From an uncultured bacterium (GTDB lineage Bacteria; Patescibacteriota; Minisyncoccia; UBA6257; 2-01-FULL-56-20), in contig OY970175.1 of NCBI GenBank assembly GCA_963707865.1, positions 694,028 through 758,027 on the forward strand: a stretch of 64,000 nt of DNA. The letters run 5' to 3'. Both the position numbers and the translations under genes were made by a program. The notes under the pieces are model-generated. The model had not been told where the DNA came from and did not search any database. It worked only from the letters and a program-made list of their open reading frames with translations. Below are positions 1 through 10,319 of the stretch, piece after piece. The first letter of the stretch is position 1; the number at the start of each line of letters is the position of its first letter.

Positions 1-206
1 CGAAGGTCGGGAAAATCGCCGCGGCGGGTGCGGCTATGGCCGTTGCGACCGTCCTCCTTTCTGCCGCTCAGCTGCATGTGGCTTTGAACATTATGATCTC
101 CGGCATTCTCTACTTTGTGATCCTTTTTATCACGCGAGAGCCGCTCCTCGCAGAGATACGAAAAATCATCGCTGTCGCAAAGCCGCCCGATGCTTCTTCG
201 GGGTAA
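1..206 (+). CDS. 3' end of a membrane protein, probably a Wzx-type polysaccharide flippase (partial)
   Basis: Frame from nt 3 reads KVGKIAAAGAAMAVATVLLSAAQLHVALNIMISGILYFVILFITREPLLAEIRKII...* (TAA 204-206); hydrophobic C-terminus next to a glycan cluster. Confidence 0.55.
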   Translation, partial: KVGKIAAAGAAMAVATVLLSAAQLHVALNIMISGILYFVILFITREPLLAEIRKIIAVAKPPDASSG

Positions 207-232
207 GTTCCGCTATAAGCGAGCGTTGCCGC

Positions 233-1333
233 TCACAAAACATACTTCTCCATCTCCGCAGAAAATCTCTCTTTTGTAAAGCGTTTTGCCACCTCGGCCA
301 AAGCGTTTTCCGAAAACCGCCGATATTCTTCTTTGTCGGACAGAATCTCGCGTAGCGCGCCAGCCAAGGCCATCGTATTTCTCGTCGGTACTGTCCTTCC
401 CGTTATCCCATCTACGCTCACTTCCGGCACGCCAGTGGGAAGGTTGGTATTCACCACCGGTTTCCCGCATGCCAGAGCCTCAATCTGCACAATGCCAAAA
501 GCTTCAGAAGGTTCGCACGACGGAAGCGCGAATACATCGCAGGCATAGTAATACGGCACGAGATCGCGAACAGGATCAATGATGCGAACTTTTCCACCGA
601 GGCCGCTCACATCAATCTCGGTTTGTAGAACGCTCTTCAGGGGTCCCTTACCCACGATAACCAAGTTGGCCGGAACATCTTTCATCGCCCTCACGAGATA
701 AGAGAAACCTTTGTAATATACTAAGCGGCCCACGGAAAGCACGAGGGGCTTCCCGTATGTTTGTCGTATCTCCGCCGCTTTTCTTCGCATATCATCGGTC
801 ATTTTGAAACGCGCGGTATCAACGCCGAAATAAATCACCCTGCATTTTCCGGAAAAATCACGGAGCATCGCCGAAGTGCGGCCAAGCGCCTTATTGGAAA
901 CGAAAATATGATCCGCCCTGCAAAGCGCGAAATGGATGAATGGGGCGAACGGAATTTTCGCGAGTTTCTGCCGAATGATGTCAGAGTGATACCAAACGAT
1001 CACTTTCTTCTTCTGCCCAAAAAGCCGGTACGCGACGAACGCGAGCGGGAACGGATGATGCAGGATAATCACATCCGCATTCTTCGCCAATGTTCGGAAC
1101 AGGCGGAAAAAATCGAACGAGATTGGCATGCCAGACACCATCCCCCAGCTCCCCGCCCGATAGGTCAACACGCCGTTTATAGTATCAACCTGCCGCGTGC
1201 CGCGCAGCTGGCAGACAAGATTCGTCACGGAAACGCCATCTCTTCCGTTGAAATGTTCGGCGATGTCCCGCGCCACCGTTTCCACGCCGCCGATCCACGG
1301 ATAATATAGCTTATTGACCTGAAGGATCTTCAT
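233..1333 (-). CDS. Glycosyltransferase family 4 (GT-B)
   Basis: MKILQVNKLYYPWIGGVE N-terminus; VGRLVYYKG and EAFGIVQIEALACGKPVV motifs. Confidence 0.9.
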   Translation of the reverse strand: MKILQVNKLYYPWIGGVETVARDIAEHFNGRDGVSVTNLVCQLRGTRQVDTINGVLTYRAGSWGMVSGMPISFDFFRLFRTLAKNADVIILHHPFPLAFVAYRLFGQKKKVIVWYHSDIIRQKLAKIPFAPFIHFALCRADHIFVSNKALGRTSAMLRDFSGKCRVIYFGVDTARFKMTDDMRRKAAEIRQTYGKPLVLSVGRLVYYKGFSYLVRAMKDVPANLVIVGKGPLKSVLQTEIDVSGLGGKVRIIDPVRDLVPYYYACDVFALPSCEPSEAFGIVQIEALACGKPVVNTNLPTGVPEVSVDGITGRTVPTRNTMALAGALREILSDKEEYRRFSENALAEVAKRFTKERFSAEMEKYVL

Positions 1334-1335
1334 GA

Positions 1336-2097
1336 TTATCGAACGCAATATCTATAAATAATTCTCTGGATCCAATTGGGCACGATTTTCTTCCCTAAAA
1401 TTTTTATGGGCAGTGCCCTGTAACAAAGCCTTCTCCATAACGTCAGTTCGTGATAATCCTCTAGTATCCGCTCATATTCCTTGATGGCTGCGGCTGTCTT
1501 TTTATTTGACACGCCTTCGTTGTTGAAAACGGCAACCACCATCGGCGCTTCAAAAAAAGTTTTCCGCGCTTTTACGGCGAAAAGTACCTGTTCGTAGTCA
1601 GCGGCCAGATGATATCGAGTATCAAAAGGGTGATCTTTCAACAAGCTCGTCCTGGCAAAAAGGCTTTGGTGGTTGAATGGCATTTTCACTCGAAAATCGG
1701 CTATCGGCCTCGGACGCCTCACGACGGAAAACCCATGATAGCGAAACTGCGTAGCTCCGTACACAAGATCGTTCTCTTCCGTAAGATAGCGGGAGATTTT
1801 CCCCAAGACGTCTTTATCAACAAAAGAATCTCCCGCATTCATGAAGTTTATCCACTGACCGGAAGCTAAGCGAATTCCTTTGTTCATGGCATCGTAAATC
1901 CCTTCATCTTTTTGGGAAATGAAGATGATGGGAAATTTTTTCTGGTATTCCTTCACGACATCAATGGTTCCGTCAGTCGATCCGCCGTCCACGACGATAT
2001 ATTCCAAATCCTTATAGGTCTGAGAAATAACCGACGCCATGGTCCCCCCTATGTTCTCACGCGCGTTATAGCAAACCGTAACAACAGATATTTTCAT
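1336..2097 (-). CDS. Glycosyltransferase family 2
   Basis: MKISVVTVCYN...VVDGGSTDGT...GIYDAMNKG...FMNAGD. Confidence 0.92.
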   Translation of the reverse strand: MKISVVTVCYNARENIGGTMASVISQTYKDLEYIVVDGGSTDGTIDVVKEYQKKFPIIFISQKDEGIYDAMNKGIRLASGQWINFMNAGDSFVDKDVLGKISRYLTEENDLVYGATQFRYHGFSVVRRPRPIADFRVKMPFNHQSLFARTSLLKDHPFDTRYHLAADYEQVLFAVKARKTFFEAPMVVAVFNNEGVSNKKTAAAIKEYERILEDYHELTLWRRLCYRALPIKILGKKIVPNWIQRIIYRYCVR

Positions 2098-2100
2098 TGT

Positions 2101-3111
2101 TTAAAGTTTTTTTATCCAAACCAATTTCCCTTTTAAAAATTGCAGAAAAGAACAAAGCAAAAATTCCATGGTGATTTTTTTACTTTTTTCCGACCCTGTC
2201 TCTGCTATAAAATCAATCATCTTATTTTTGTCTTGCTCCCATCTTTTCCATCCATCAGAGACCGATATTTTGGAATTCCGCAGAACGTCAGCAAAATGAC
2301 TGAAGTCAATATAACGCCTCTTTGCATCAAATAAATAACCGTTACGTCCGTCTTGAATGTATTCATTCATGGTGCCTTCGTTATACGCGACGACAACCTT
2401 CCCCATAGCCATTGCCTCCAGAAAGCTCATTCCAATCCCTTCCTTTTTCCTCGGCGCAATAAAAACGTCGGCAGCGTCGAGAAGCCGGAGGTAATCCTCT
2501 CGAGAATCGGCCTCAGAATTTCTTACTATTTCCATTTTATACTTTTTAATATCTGCTTCCGAAATTACCTCTTCCTTAAAAAACGGATCCGGCGCAGATC
2601 GATAGACAAGACGATTCACGTCCTTCGTGTCCAAAATTCTTTTAAGGTCGGAGAATTTAATGCCGCCGCGATACCAAAAAAGGAAATTTAACTTCTTTGC
2701 CGACTCCGCGTTGCGAAAATTCGGAGGCAAGTAATATTGTAAAGGCAACACCTCGATGCCAAACGTTTTGCACTTCTTATATATAACATCCGAGAACGAT
2801 ACCACCCGTACAGGCAGGCGCGATAAGGAACTCCAGTAGATATCCCGCAGGGACACCCCGTCATACATTGGCGCCCATATTATTTTCGCCGTTATCTTCC
2901 TTAACTGCCATAGGGGCAAAATCGATTGCAAAAAAAATACACGCGCATAGGTATTGGTCAGATCCACTGACGGCCCCTTTCCGCCCCACCAAGTATCATC
3001 CCAAAAAATATCAACCTCAAAATGTTTCTGCAAAGTGCTCGTCACAAATTTTGTCGACTCTGTCTTTTTGTGGAAAGAATGATCAACAAAAAGAATTTTG
3101 GGCTCGCCCAT
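2101..3111 (-). CDS. Glycosyltransferase (GT4-like)
   Basis: ADVFIAPRKKEGIGMSFLEAMAMGKVVV...NGYLF C-terminal GT-B motif. Confidence 0.85.
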   Translation of the reverse strand: MGEPKILFVDHSFHKKTESTKFVTSTLQKHFEVDIFWDDTWWGGKGPSVDLTNTYARVFFLQSILPLWQLRKITAKIIWAPMYDGVSLRDIYWSSLSRLPVRVVSFSDVIYKKCKTFGIEVLPLQYYLPPNFRNAESAKKLNFLFWYRGGIKFSDLKRILDTKDVNRLVYRSAPDPFFKEEVISEADIKKYKMEIVRNSEADSREDYLRLLDAADVFIAPRKKEGIGMSFLEAMAMGKVVVAYNEGTMNEYIQDGRNGYLFDAKRRYIDFSHFADVLRNSKISVSDGWKRWEQDKNKMIDFIAETGSEKSKKITMEFLLCSFLQFLKGKLVWIKKL

Positions 3112-3119
3112 GTTCTTAT

Positions 3120-4212
3120 TTACTGGTGTTTCTTTTTAGAAAGAGAGGCTCCGATTAACTTATTAAGAATTTCCACGATTCTCAGTTCCCCTCCTTTGCC
3201 TCGATTTGATAGCATGTTGATCACGTCGTTCCTGTTGAACTGCGCCGGATTGACCTCTCGCAATGTTTTCCATAAATATTTTCCTAACGTCGAGGAGTCC
3301 AAGGTGTCTTCTTTTGCATTATATTTCAGCAACAACGGCAGTAAAAGACGCGGCGCCCAGATGCGCGATGCGAGCACCGAAAAATAGTAGAATCCGCTCT
3401 GGTAATGAATAAAGGGTATCCTCCGACCTTTATAAATCAAATGGCCTTCCTCATCGCTCGCAACCTTCGCCGCTGCCCGATTCGGCATATAGGCATCCAT
3501 CTGAAAAAAGCTCAATGGATTTTGGACATAATAGAAACCGCTCTTGACGATTGGGGGGGGCATTTTCCTGAAAAATTTTTCCGGAAGATATCAGATATTC
3601 AAGAAAATCCTGATCGCTCCCGAGAGGTTCCCGATAGAGCGAGGCGTTAAATTTCTCATGGTCATGAGCCCGGCACTCTTCTTTGGTTATGCCGCCGTTT
3701 TTTAAATATTCTTTTACGTTGCTGTTCAGTTTCCCTAGTTCGCGATCATAGGTCTCAAACCATCCCTTTCGGGAAATGGTAAGAAAACAAGGGCAATCAA
3801 GCGTCATGAAGGTGAGCCCCTTCGTTTTCTCCGCAAGTTCATTGAGGGAAATATAAAGCGCCATGTCGCTGTCAAGATGCCAAAATTGGCCCGCATCGTA
3901 TTTTTCCCGATAGTCCTTGAACGCTATCCAGCGCAGAAAGCAGTTTCTTTCATAGCGGCTGTAGTGCGCGTCTATATTCGGATATCTTCCGACAATGGCG
4001 CCGAATTCTTCCGTAAAATCGACAACGTCTATGCTCCTTTCGGACAGCTCCCGCAGATAGTTTTGCGAGAGGCTCTCAAAGCCCTCCAAAAGAAGCACCT
4101 TGATTCTTTCTTGGGAATGAAACCTCAAGAGGGAATCTCCAAGGGCCGTGAGAGGGATGTTTTCCTTAAATCGCCGCTCTCCCTTCAGGCACCACGCAGA
4201 GGTGTAAAACAT
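3120..4212 (-). pseudogene. Glycan-cluster protein (possible GT-A fold) split by a +1 frameshift in a C8 tract
   Basis: ORFs 3451-4212 and 3120-3563 overlap at G8 (3553-3560); removing one base gives continuous ...QENAPPIVKSGFYYVQ...; HLDSD DxD-like motif. Confidence 0.7.
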
Positions 4213-4282
4213 CGTTCATACTATCATGATATTTTTCCCTTTATAAAACAAGGGATTGGGGCGGCAGGGCGCGCAAGAACGC

Positions 4283-5518
4283 CTATTGCCGCCCTCGCAC
4301 GATCGCGAGGAGAGTGTCCATGTAATTCCCGGCATTATGATATTTTACCCAATTAAGCATGCATGCGTGTGCGCGCTTTTTTGCATCTTCTGAATTTTCC
4401 AGGTAAGAGAGCATCGCCCTCCCAAGAGACCCTTCGTCATCCAAGCGGAATAATACTCCTCCGCTCTTGTATTTCACAAACTCGCGTTCCATCCACGTAC
4501 CCACCGGGATAATCACTGATTTGCCGAAAGCCAGCGCTTCGCCGAAAATTCCCGATGTCTGCGCATGATAGCTTTCCGCGGTATAGGGAATCACGACGGC
4601 ATCCGCCCGCAGCAAAAGCCCGTAATATTCTTTCGTGTCCAATACCCGACCAATGATTTCCACCCCGCCCCCCATGGCAAGCAACTCCCTTTTCGCCTGC
4701 ATGACCCGCTCCCTCGGATACTTCAGGCAATTGGACTGAATCAAAAACCTTATCTGCCGGGATTTCCTGTTCGCGGTTACAAAATCGATCGCCGCAGGAA
4801 GCAAATGATATCCCTTCCTCTCGGCCGCATGTCCGATGTAAACAAAGGTTTTCGCATTCGTCGGCGATGCCGGCGCCTTGCGAGGCAGAACGGGGGTGTT
4901 CGGCATGGGCAGGACATGAACCTTGCGCCGGGCCATGGTTCTATACTCTTCCTCCAAGACATCGCTGTCGGTCGTAAAAAAAATCTTTCCGCTGCCCGGC
5001 AACCGCTCCAAAAGCTTTATCAAAAATTTGTAGAAATAGTACGATGGCATAGGCTTTTTAGGATGGCCATACTGCATCGTGGCATACCGAAACAGCAGCA
5101 CCAGCCAGGGCCGCTCGGCCAGCGCGAATGAGCGATACCAGAGATACAGCGCGACGAGCGAGGTCTGGCTCAAGGTATGGACCAGCACGATGTCATCGCT
5201 TGCAAAAGGCCCCTTGCCGACTTTTTTTAAATCGCTCAAAAACGACCGGTTCCCCGCAATCGCATCGAGGGCTCCGTTCAAATGCAAGAACTTATTTGCC
5301 AATTGGGGGATGCGCACCGACGAATAATATTCGCGCGGATCAATGGAAAACGCAGGAACGATGTTGAACTTTGTTCTTACTGCTTCGTCGTCCACGGGCG
5401 TACAATAAATGCTCGCTTCGTTTCCCCGCCCAACCCATTCTTCATATACCGACCTGGTGTATTCAAAATGATGTCCCACCTTGCTCGCGAATCCGTTGTC
5501 GAGAATATGGAGTTTCAT
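4283..5518 (-). CDS. Glycosyltransferase (GT-B-like)
   Basis: Likely start MKLHILDNG; YIGHAAERKGY, ADAVVIPY and SGIFGEALAFGK motifs. Confidence 0.8.
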   Translation of the reverse strand: MKLHILDNGFASKVGHHFEYTRSVYEEWVGRGNEASIYCTPVDDEAVRTKFNIVPAFSIDPREYYSSVRIPQLANKFLHLNGALDAIAGNRSFLSDLKKVGKGPFASDDIVLVHTLSQTSLVALYLWYRSFALAERPWLVLLFRYATMQYGHPKKPMPSYYFYKFLIKLLERLPGSGKIFFTTDSDVLEEEYRTMARRKVHVLPMPNTPVLPRKAPASPTNAKTFVYIGHAAERKGYHLLPAAIDFVTANRKSRQIRFLIQSNCLKYPRERVMQAKRELLAMGGGVEIIGRVLDTKEYYGLLLRADAVVIPYTAESYHAQTSGIFGEALAFGKSVIIPVGTWMEREFVKYKSGGVLFRLDDEGSLGRAMLSYLENSEDAKKRAHACMLNWVKYHNAGNYMDTLLAIVRGRQ

Positions 5519-5519
5519 G

Positions 5520-6338
5520 CTAGTGTTCTTTTGAGGAAAGGCTTCCTTTTGCGATCGCGATGGCCATTTGAAGTCCCTGCTCCAGTGAAATCTTTGGCTG
5601 CCATCCAAGGCACTTGACCGATGGTTCACTGAAGGGCGGCGGACCTTCTTTATCGCCAAGCATAAAAGGGACGCGGCATTGTTCGCTGATAATCCGAACT
5701 ACTTCGCGCAACGGCGTCCATTGCCAACTCGTAATATCTGCATAGGGCTGCTCACCTTCAAACTGACGAAGAAGTCCCTCCGCGCAGTCACTCACATATA
5801 AGAATTGGCGTAGTTCATCGCCGTTTGTCCCGCAGACAATCTTCTTATTGATAAGCGCTTGATATACCAAATCGGTCACCACATGGCTCTTTTCGCCTAT
5901 TCCTTCCCATCCATAGACGTTCCAGAACTTCGCGGTCAACCCCCCGAGGTTTTTCGCGTAAATCTCCCCCACTGCTTTGGAAACCCTATAAGGAGTATGT
6001 GAACCGACGTTTTGGGAGGCGGTGATTTGAGAGGTCGTAAAGAGGAACGGTTTTTTTGTTTTTTCGAGAACGGCAAAAACGGACTCGCAAAGCCCCATGC
6101 TCCTCTTCAAAGCTTCGATTTGTTCTTCAGGGGAAGTATGGTTCTTCCACGCGGGAACATGCCATGCAAGGAACCAAACGCGGTCTGCCCACCGGAACGC
6201 CTCTTCAAATTGTTCGGCATGTTCAAGATTCTCGCCATTGCTCCGGTCTAAACTTCGCACAGCGTTGCCGCGCGACCGGAGCAAAGCCGCAAGACTCCTT
6301 CCGATAAAACCTTTGCCGCCGAGCACGAGATCGTTCAT
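5520..6338 (-). CDS. NAD-dependent epimerase/dehydratase (extended SDR)
   Basis: LVLGGKGFIG Rossmann motif, YRVSK catalytic motif, NVYG, RQFLYVSD. Confidence 0.88.
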   Translation of the reverse strand: MNDLVLGGKGFIGRSLAALLRSRGNAVRSLDRSNGENLEHAEQFEEAFRWADRVWFLAWHVPAWKNHTSPEEQIEALKRSMGLCESVFAVLEKTKKPFLFTTSQITASQNVGSHTPYRVSKAVGEIYAKNLGGLTAKFWNVYGWEGIGEKSHVVTDLVYQALINKKIVCGTNGDELRQFLYVSDCAEGLLRQFEGEQPYADITSWQWTPLREVVRIISEQCRVPFMLGDKEGPPPFSEPSVKCLGWQPKISLEQGLQMAIAIAKGSLSSKEH

Positions 6339-6402
6339 GTCGGCGTTACAGATTGGTTTTGTTCCAGATAGACCGCGTAGTACACCTCGACGAATAATAT
6401 TT

Positions 6403-6948
6403 TCATTCGGTTCCTATGTATTTTGCGGCGGCGTCGCGCGGAGCTAAAATAGGATTTTTTATCGGCCAATTGATGCCGAACTTCGGGTCATCCCACCGGT
6501 AGGTAAATTGCCCCTTGGGACGATAATGCATGGATTGCTTATATTGGAAAACAGTCTTGTCGGTGAGCGCAAGATATGCAATGCCATACATTGGCGGCAC
6601 CAAAACGCGCGCATGATTCTCGCCGTTCAGGTCAAAGAATTCCCACTCGCCGAAGGCGGCGGATTTCTTATCGCAATTGACGACCACGAAAAATACCTTT
6701 CCCTGAAGGCACGAAACCAGTTTCCATGTTTCATGGTCCCCATGGATCCCGCGGAGCGCGTTCTTTGTCGTTACCGAAATATCGTCCTCAACAAAATGGA
6801 CATCTATCCCGTAGCTTTTATACTTTTCGTCATTATACGTTTCAAGGAACATGCCCCTCGCGTCATTGAACAATTCTCCCCGCCCATTCGAAAACGATTC
6901 GGGCCTGATGAACAATACTCCCTCCAGTTTTGTTTTCTCTACTTTCAT
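6403..6948 (-). CDS. rfbC: dTDP-4-dehydrorhamnose 3,5-epimerase family
   Basis: DARGMFLETY, LRGIHG, WDDPKFGINWP, LAPRD cupin motifs. Confidence 0.85.
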   Translation of the reverse strand: MKVEKTKLEGVLFIRPESFSNGRGELFNDARGMFLETYNDEKYKSYGIDVHFVEDDISVTTKNALRGIHGDHETWKLVSCLQGKVFFVVVNCDKKSAAFGEWEFFDLNGENHARVLVPPMYGIAYLALTDKTVFQYKQSMHYRPKGQFTYRWDDPKFGINWPIKNPILAPRDAAAKYIGTE

Positions 6949-6990
6949 ATGCCATTACGAAATGCTCCGGAACCCATCCGGCCCGTTTTG

Positions 6991-7935
6991 CTAGGCATTC
7001 GCATATGGGCTCGTGATTTCTAAAGCCTGAACTGCCTTGATAAGCTCATCAATCCCTTCCTCTATCGAAATGGAAGTCCTGAAGCCGGTCTTATTCAGCT
7101 TGTCATACGATACCGCGTAATCTCTTTGATCAATGTCGTGGCCGATGTCCGCAAAGTGAAGATAATAATCTATTTTCTTCTTAAGGATGAGGCAAATATC
7201 CTCCTTGCTGTAATTCATGGAATCATCGCCGACGTTGTAAATTTCCCCTTTCATTGTCTCGTAATGCTCCATGGCGAAGAGAAACGCCCGCGCCATATCG
7301 CGCACGTGGATGAAAGTGCGCATGAAACTTTTCTCGTACACGATCAAGCTTTTATCCCTGACAGCGCGGTAAGTAAAATCGTTGGGCAAAAGATCCAATC
7401 GCATCCTCGGCGAAACCCCGAATGCGGTGGCGAACCGATAAATGACGAATTCCTTATTGCTTTTTATGGTGTCTTCAGCCTCCGCTTTTTGTTTGCCATA
7501 ATCACTCAGGGGATTTAAGGGGGAGGTCTCGGTGCAGAAATCCTGGATAATCTTTCCATACGTACTCCCGGTTGAAGCGAAGATGATTGGGGTGCGGCCG
7601 CCTAATATCTTCACCAAATTCATGGTGCCGTTCACGTTGATATCCCGGGAAAGTTCGGGGTTCTTGCGGCAAGCCGGAAATCCGACAATGGCAGCCAGAT
7701 GGATGACGGCGTCGGCACCGTCCACCGCTTTCGAGACATCTTCTTTGGAACGCACGTCTCCTTTTATAAAATCAAAATTCTTGTCGGCAAAAAACGGCAT
7801 CAGAACGTCGCCGCCGAAATGAAGGGCGTCCAAAACCCTGACGCGATACCCTTTTCCCAACAACGCCCCGACTAACGTCGTGCCCACATATCCGGCTCCG
7901 CCAGTGACCAAAACAGTTCTGAATCTTTTATCCAT
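6991..7935 (-). CDS. NAD-dependent epimerase/dehydratase (NDP-sugar reductase)
   Basis: VTGGAGYVG, HLAAIVG, YGKQK, RFATAFGVSPRMRLDL. Confidence 0.9.
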   Translation of the reverse strand: MDKRFRTVLVTGGAGYVGTTLVGALLGKGYRVRVLDALHFGGDVLMPFFADKNFDFIKGDVRSKEDVSKAVDGADAVIHLAAIVGFPACRKNPELSRDINVNGTMNLVKILGGRTPIIFASTGSTYGKIIQDFCTETSPLNPLSDYGKQKAEAEDTIKSNKEFVIYRFATAFGVSPRMRLDLLPNDFTYRAVRDKSLIVYEKSFMRTFIHVRDMARAFLFAMEHYETMKGEIYNVGDDSMNYSKEDICLILKKKIDYYLHFADIGHDIDQRDYAVSYDKLNKTGFRTSISIEEGIDELIKAVQALEITSPYANA

Positions 7936-7940
7936 GGTAT

Positions 7941-9197
7941 CTATAGTACTCTAGCACGCGGGATGGGAACTATAAACTTCCCGCCGCGCTCTCTATAATC
8001 CTTTTCTCTCTCTAAAATAGAGTCAAAATAATTCCAGATAAGCAATAAATAAAGATCGGGTGGCCCGTCTTTTTTGATTATCTCGTCGGAAACTATGGGG
8101 ATGTGCATCCCAGGCGTAAGCTTGCCGAACTTAAATGGGGTTTTCTCAATGCAATACTCAACCAGATCCGGCCCTATTCCGCAGAAATTGAGAAGGGTGT
8201 TTCCTTTCGCGGGAGCACCGTAGCCGACGATTCTCTTTCCGTTCCGCTTGTTTTCGTTAAGGATTTCGAGAAGCCCCTTCTTTATCTCCAAAACCTTTTT
8301 CGCAAAATCGTCGTAAATCCCGACACCCTGCAACCCTTCCTTTACTTCCATCGCGGCCAGCTTCGCCGGCATTTCCGTCACTGGATGCGCGCCGTTTTCC
8401 ACATGGGTAGCGTAACACCGGAGTGAACCGCCTTGTGTCGCGACCCGTTCGACGTCAAATATTTTCATGCCACACTTTTCCATAAGAACGCTGAGCGGGC
8501 GAATGGTAAAGAACGATAAGTGCTCGTGGTAAATATTGTCGAATTCGGTATTTCTAATGAGTTCAAGACCGTACTGCACTTCAAAAACGAAAACTCCGTC
8601 GGCATCCAAGATATTCTTTACGCCCATTACGAAATCCAACGGCTCGTCGACGTGGGCCAGTACGTTATTAGCGGAAACGATCCCCGCGCGGCCATACTGC
8701 TTCTGAAGCGTACGGGACAACGCCTCGGAGAAAAAATCCCCGACCACATTGATCCCCCGCGCACGGCAAACATCCGCAACGTTCGTTGCGGGTTCCACTC
8801 CCAAAACGGTAAAGCCGAGCTTTTTCATTGGAGTAAGGAGCGCGCCGTCGTTGCTTGCTATCTCAATGACAAGTTTATTGGCCGCGCGCCCAAATCTCCG
8901 GTGAATTTCCTCCGCATACTGTTCAAAATGCTTCACAAGCGAGGGGGCGGCCGAAGAAAAAAGCGCATATTCCTCCGGGAACAATAAGCGGGGATTCACC
9001 ACGTCCAAAATCTGTATGTGATCGCACCGACGGCACACCCCAATGCGCAAGGGAAACCGAAGTTCTTCTTTATTCTTCACCTCATCCGTGGAGACAAAAG
9101 CGTCTGCCAGAGGAGTGCTCCCCAGGTCCAAGAAACAATGGAGGTCCGCGCTGCCACAAATGCGGCACGAAGCTCGCGTGTAATAATTCTCGGTCAT
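7941..9197 (-). CDS. NDP-hexose C-methyltransferase (SAM-dependent, zinc-binding)
   Basis: CRICG...CRRC zinc sites, EIASNDG, NNVLAH, FDNIYHEHLSFF, GYGAPAKGNTLLN. Confidence 0.9.
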   Translation of the reverse strand: MTENYYTRASCRICGSADLHCFLDLGSTPLADAFVSTDEVKNKEELRFPLRIGVCRRCDHIQILDVVNPRLLFPEEYALFSSAAPSLVKHFEQYAEEIHRRFGRAANKLVIEIASNDGALLTPMKKLGFTVLGVEPATNVADVCRARGINVVGDFFSEALSRTLQKQYGRAGIVSANNVLAHVDEPLDFVMGVKNILDADGVFVFEVQYGLELIRNTEFDNIYHEHLSFFTIRPLSVLMEKCGMKIFDVERVATQGGSLRCYATHVENGAHPVTEMPAKLAAMEVKEGLQGVGIYDDFAKKVLEIKKGLLEILNENKRNGKRIVGYGAPAKGNTLLNFCGIGPDLVEYCIEKTPFKFGKLTPGMHIPIVSDEIIKKDGPPDLYLLLIWNYFDSILEREKDYRERGGKFIVPIPRARVL

Positions 9198-9227
9198 GTC
9201 TTGCTGGATATTATCTTCGCCTTTTCA

Positions 9228-10202
9228 CTAGGCACGTTGATTGATCCGCTCCTTAATCCATGCATAGGTCAAAGCCAGTCCGTCCTCAAGCTTCGCGGCA
9301 GGTGCCCAGCCGAGTTTCTCCTTGATAAGGCGATTGTCTGAATTTCTCCCGCGGACACCCAGGGGGCCAGTGATATGTTTTATGGAGAGCTTCTTATTTT
9401 CAATTCTCATAATCATTCCCGCCAGCTGATTGATAGTTACCATTTCCTCCGAGCCGATGTTCACCGGTCCGGCGAATTCCGACTGCATCAAACGCCGTAT
9501 GCCCTCAACGCATTCATCAATGTAAAGAAAGGAACGGGTCTGTTCGCCGTCGCCCCATATCTCGATCTTGCCGCCGTCCGGCGTTTCGGCAACTTTGCGG
9601 CACAACGCTGCAGGCACCTTTTCCCGTCCACCCGTCCATGTCCCCTCGGGACCGAAGATATTATGGAATCGCGCAATGTGGACGTCGATGCCGTAATTTC
9701 TTTTGAACGCGAGGTAAACATGCTCACTGAAAAGCTTTTCCCATCCGTATTCGCTGTCCGGCGCGGCGGGATAGGCGGAATCCTCGGAACATTTCGGATT
9801 CTTCGGATCTTCTTGATTGTAGGCGGGGTACATGCAAGCCGAGGAAGAATAAAATATCTTTTTCAGATTGCCGCTCTTCTGGCCGAAGTGAAGAACGTTT
9901 AAATTGATCGTCGCGGAATTGTGAAGGATGTCGGCATCGTGGTCTCCCGTAAAGACGAACCCCGCGCCGCCCATGTCGGCGGCGAGCTGGTAACCCTCAT
10001 CGTACGGCTCGCTGAAAAGTTTTTCCACGACCGCCTGGTCGCGCAAATCGCCAATCACAAAATCATCCGCAGCCGTCGCACTAAATTCCGGATATTTCAA
10101 ATCGTCGCCGCGCACCCAATAGCCTTCCTTTTTTAACCTTTTCACCAGATGGCTGCCGATGAACCCGCCTGCCCCGCAGACCAAAGCCCTTTTGTTATTC
10201 AT
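9228..10202 (-). CDS. GDP-mannose 3',5'-epimerase-like NAD-dependent epimerase
   Basis: GAGGFIG, LAADMGGAGF, SSSACMYP, YGWEK, GREKVPAALCRK, GVRGRNSDN. Confidence 0.88.
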   Translation of the reverse strand: MNNKRALVCGAGGFIGSHLVKRLKKEGYWVRGDDLKYPEFSATAADDFVIGDLRDQAVVEKLFSEPYDEGYQLAADMGGAGFVFTGDHDADILHNSATINLNVLHFGQKSGNLKKIFYSSSACMYPAYNQEDPKNPKCSEDSAYPAAPDSEYGWEKLFSEHVYLAFKRNYGIDVHIARFHNIFGPEGTWTGGREKVPAALCRKVAETPDGGKIEIWGDGEQTRSFLYIDECVEGIRRLMQSEFAGPVNIGSEEMVTINQLAGMIMRIENKKLSIKHITGPLGVRGRNSDNRLIKEKLGWAPAAKLEDGLALTYAWIKERINQRA

Positions 10203-10319
10203 GGTTGGCTTGAATGTTCCTAATCTTAGGGTAACCTTTATTGAATTCTTACCCGCCGACGTACCGACGCTTTTATTTTGATATAGCAGGCACTCATGTC
10301 TCCGCGGCGTTGCAGTTCT

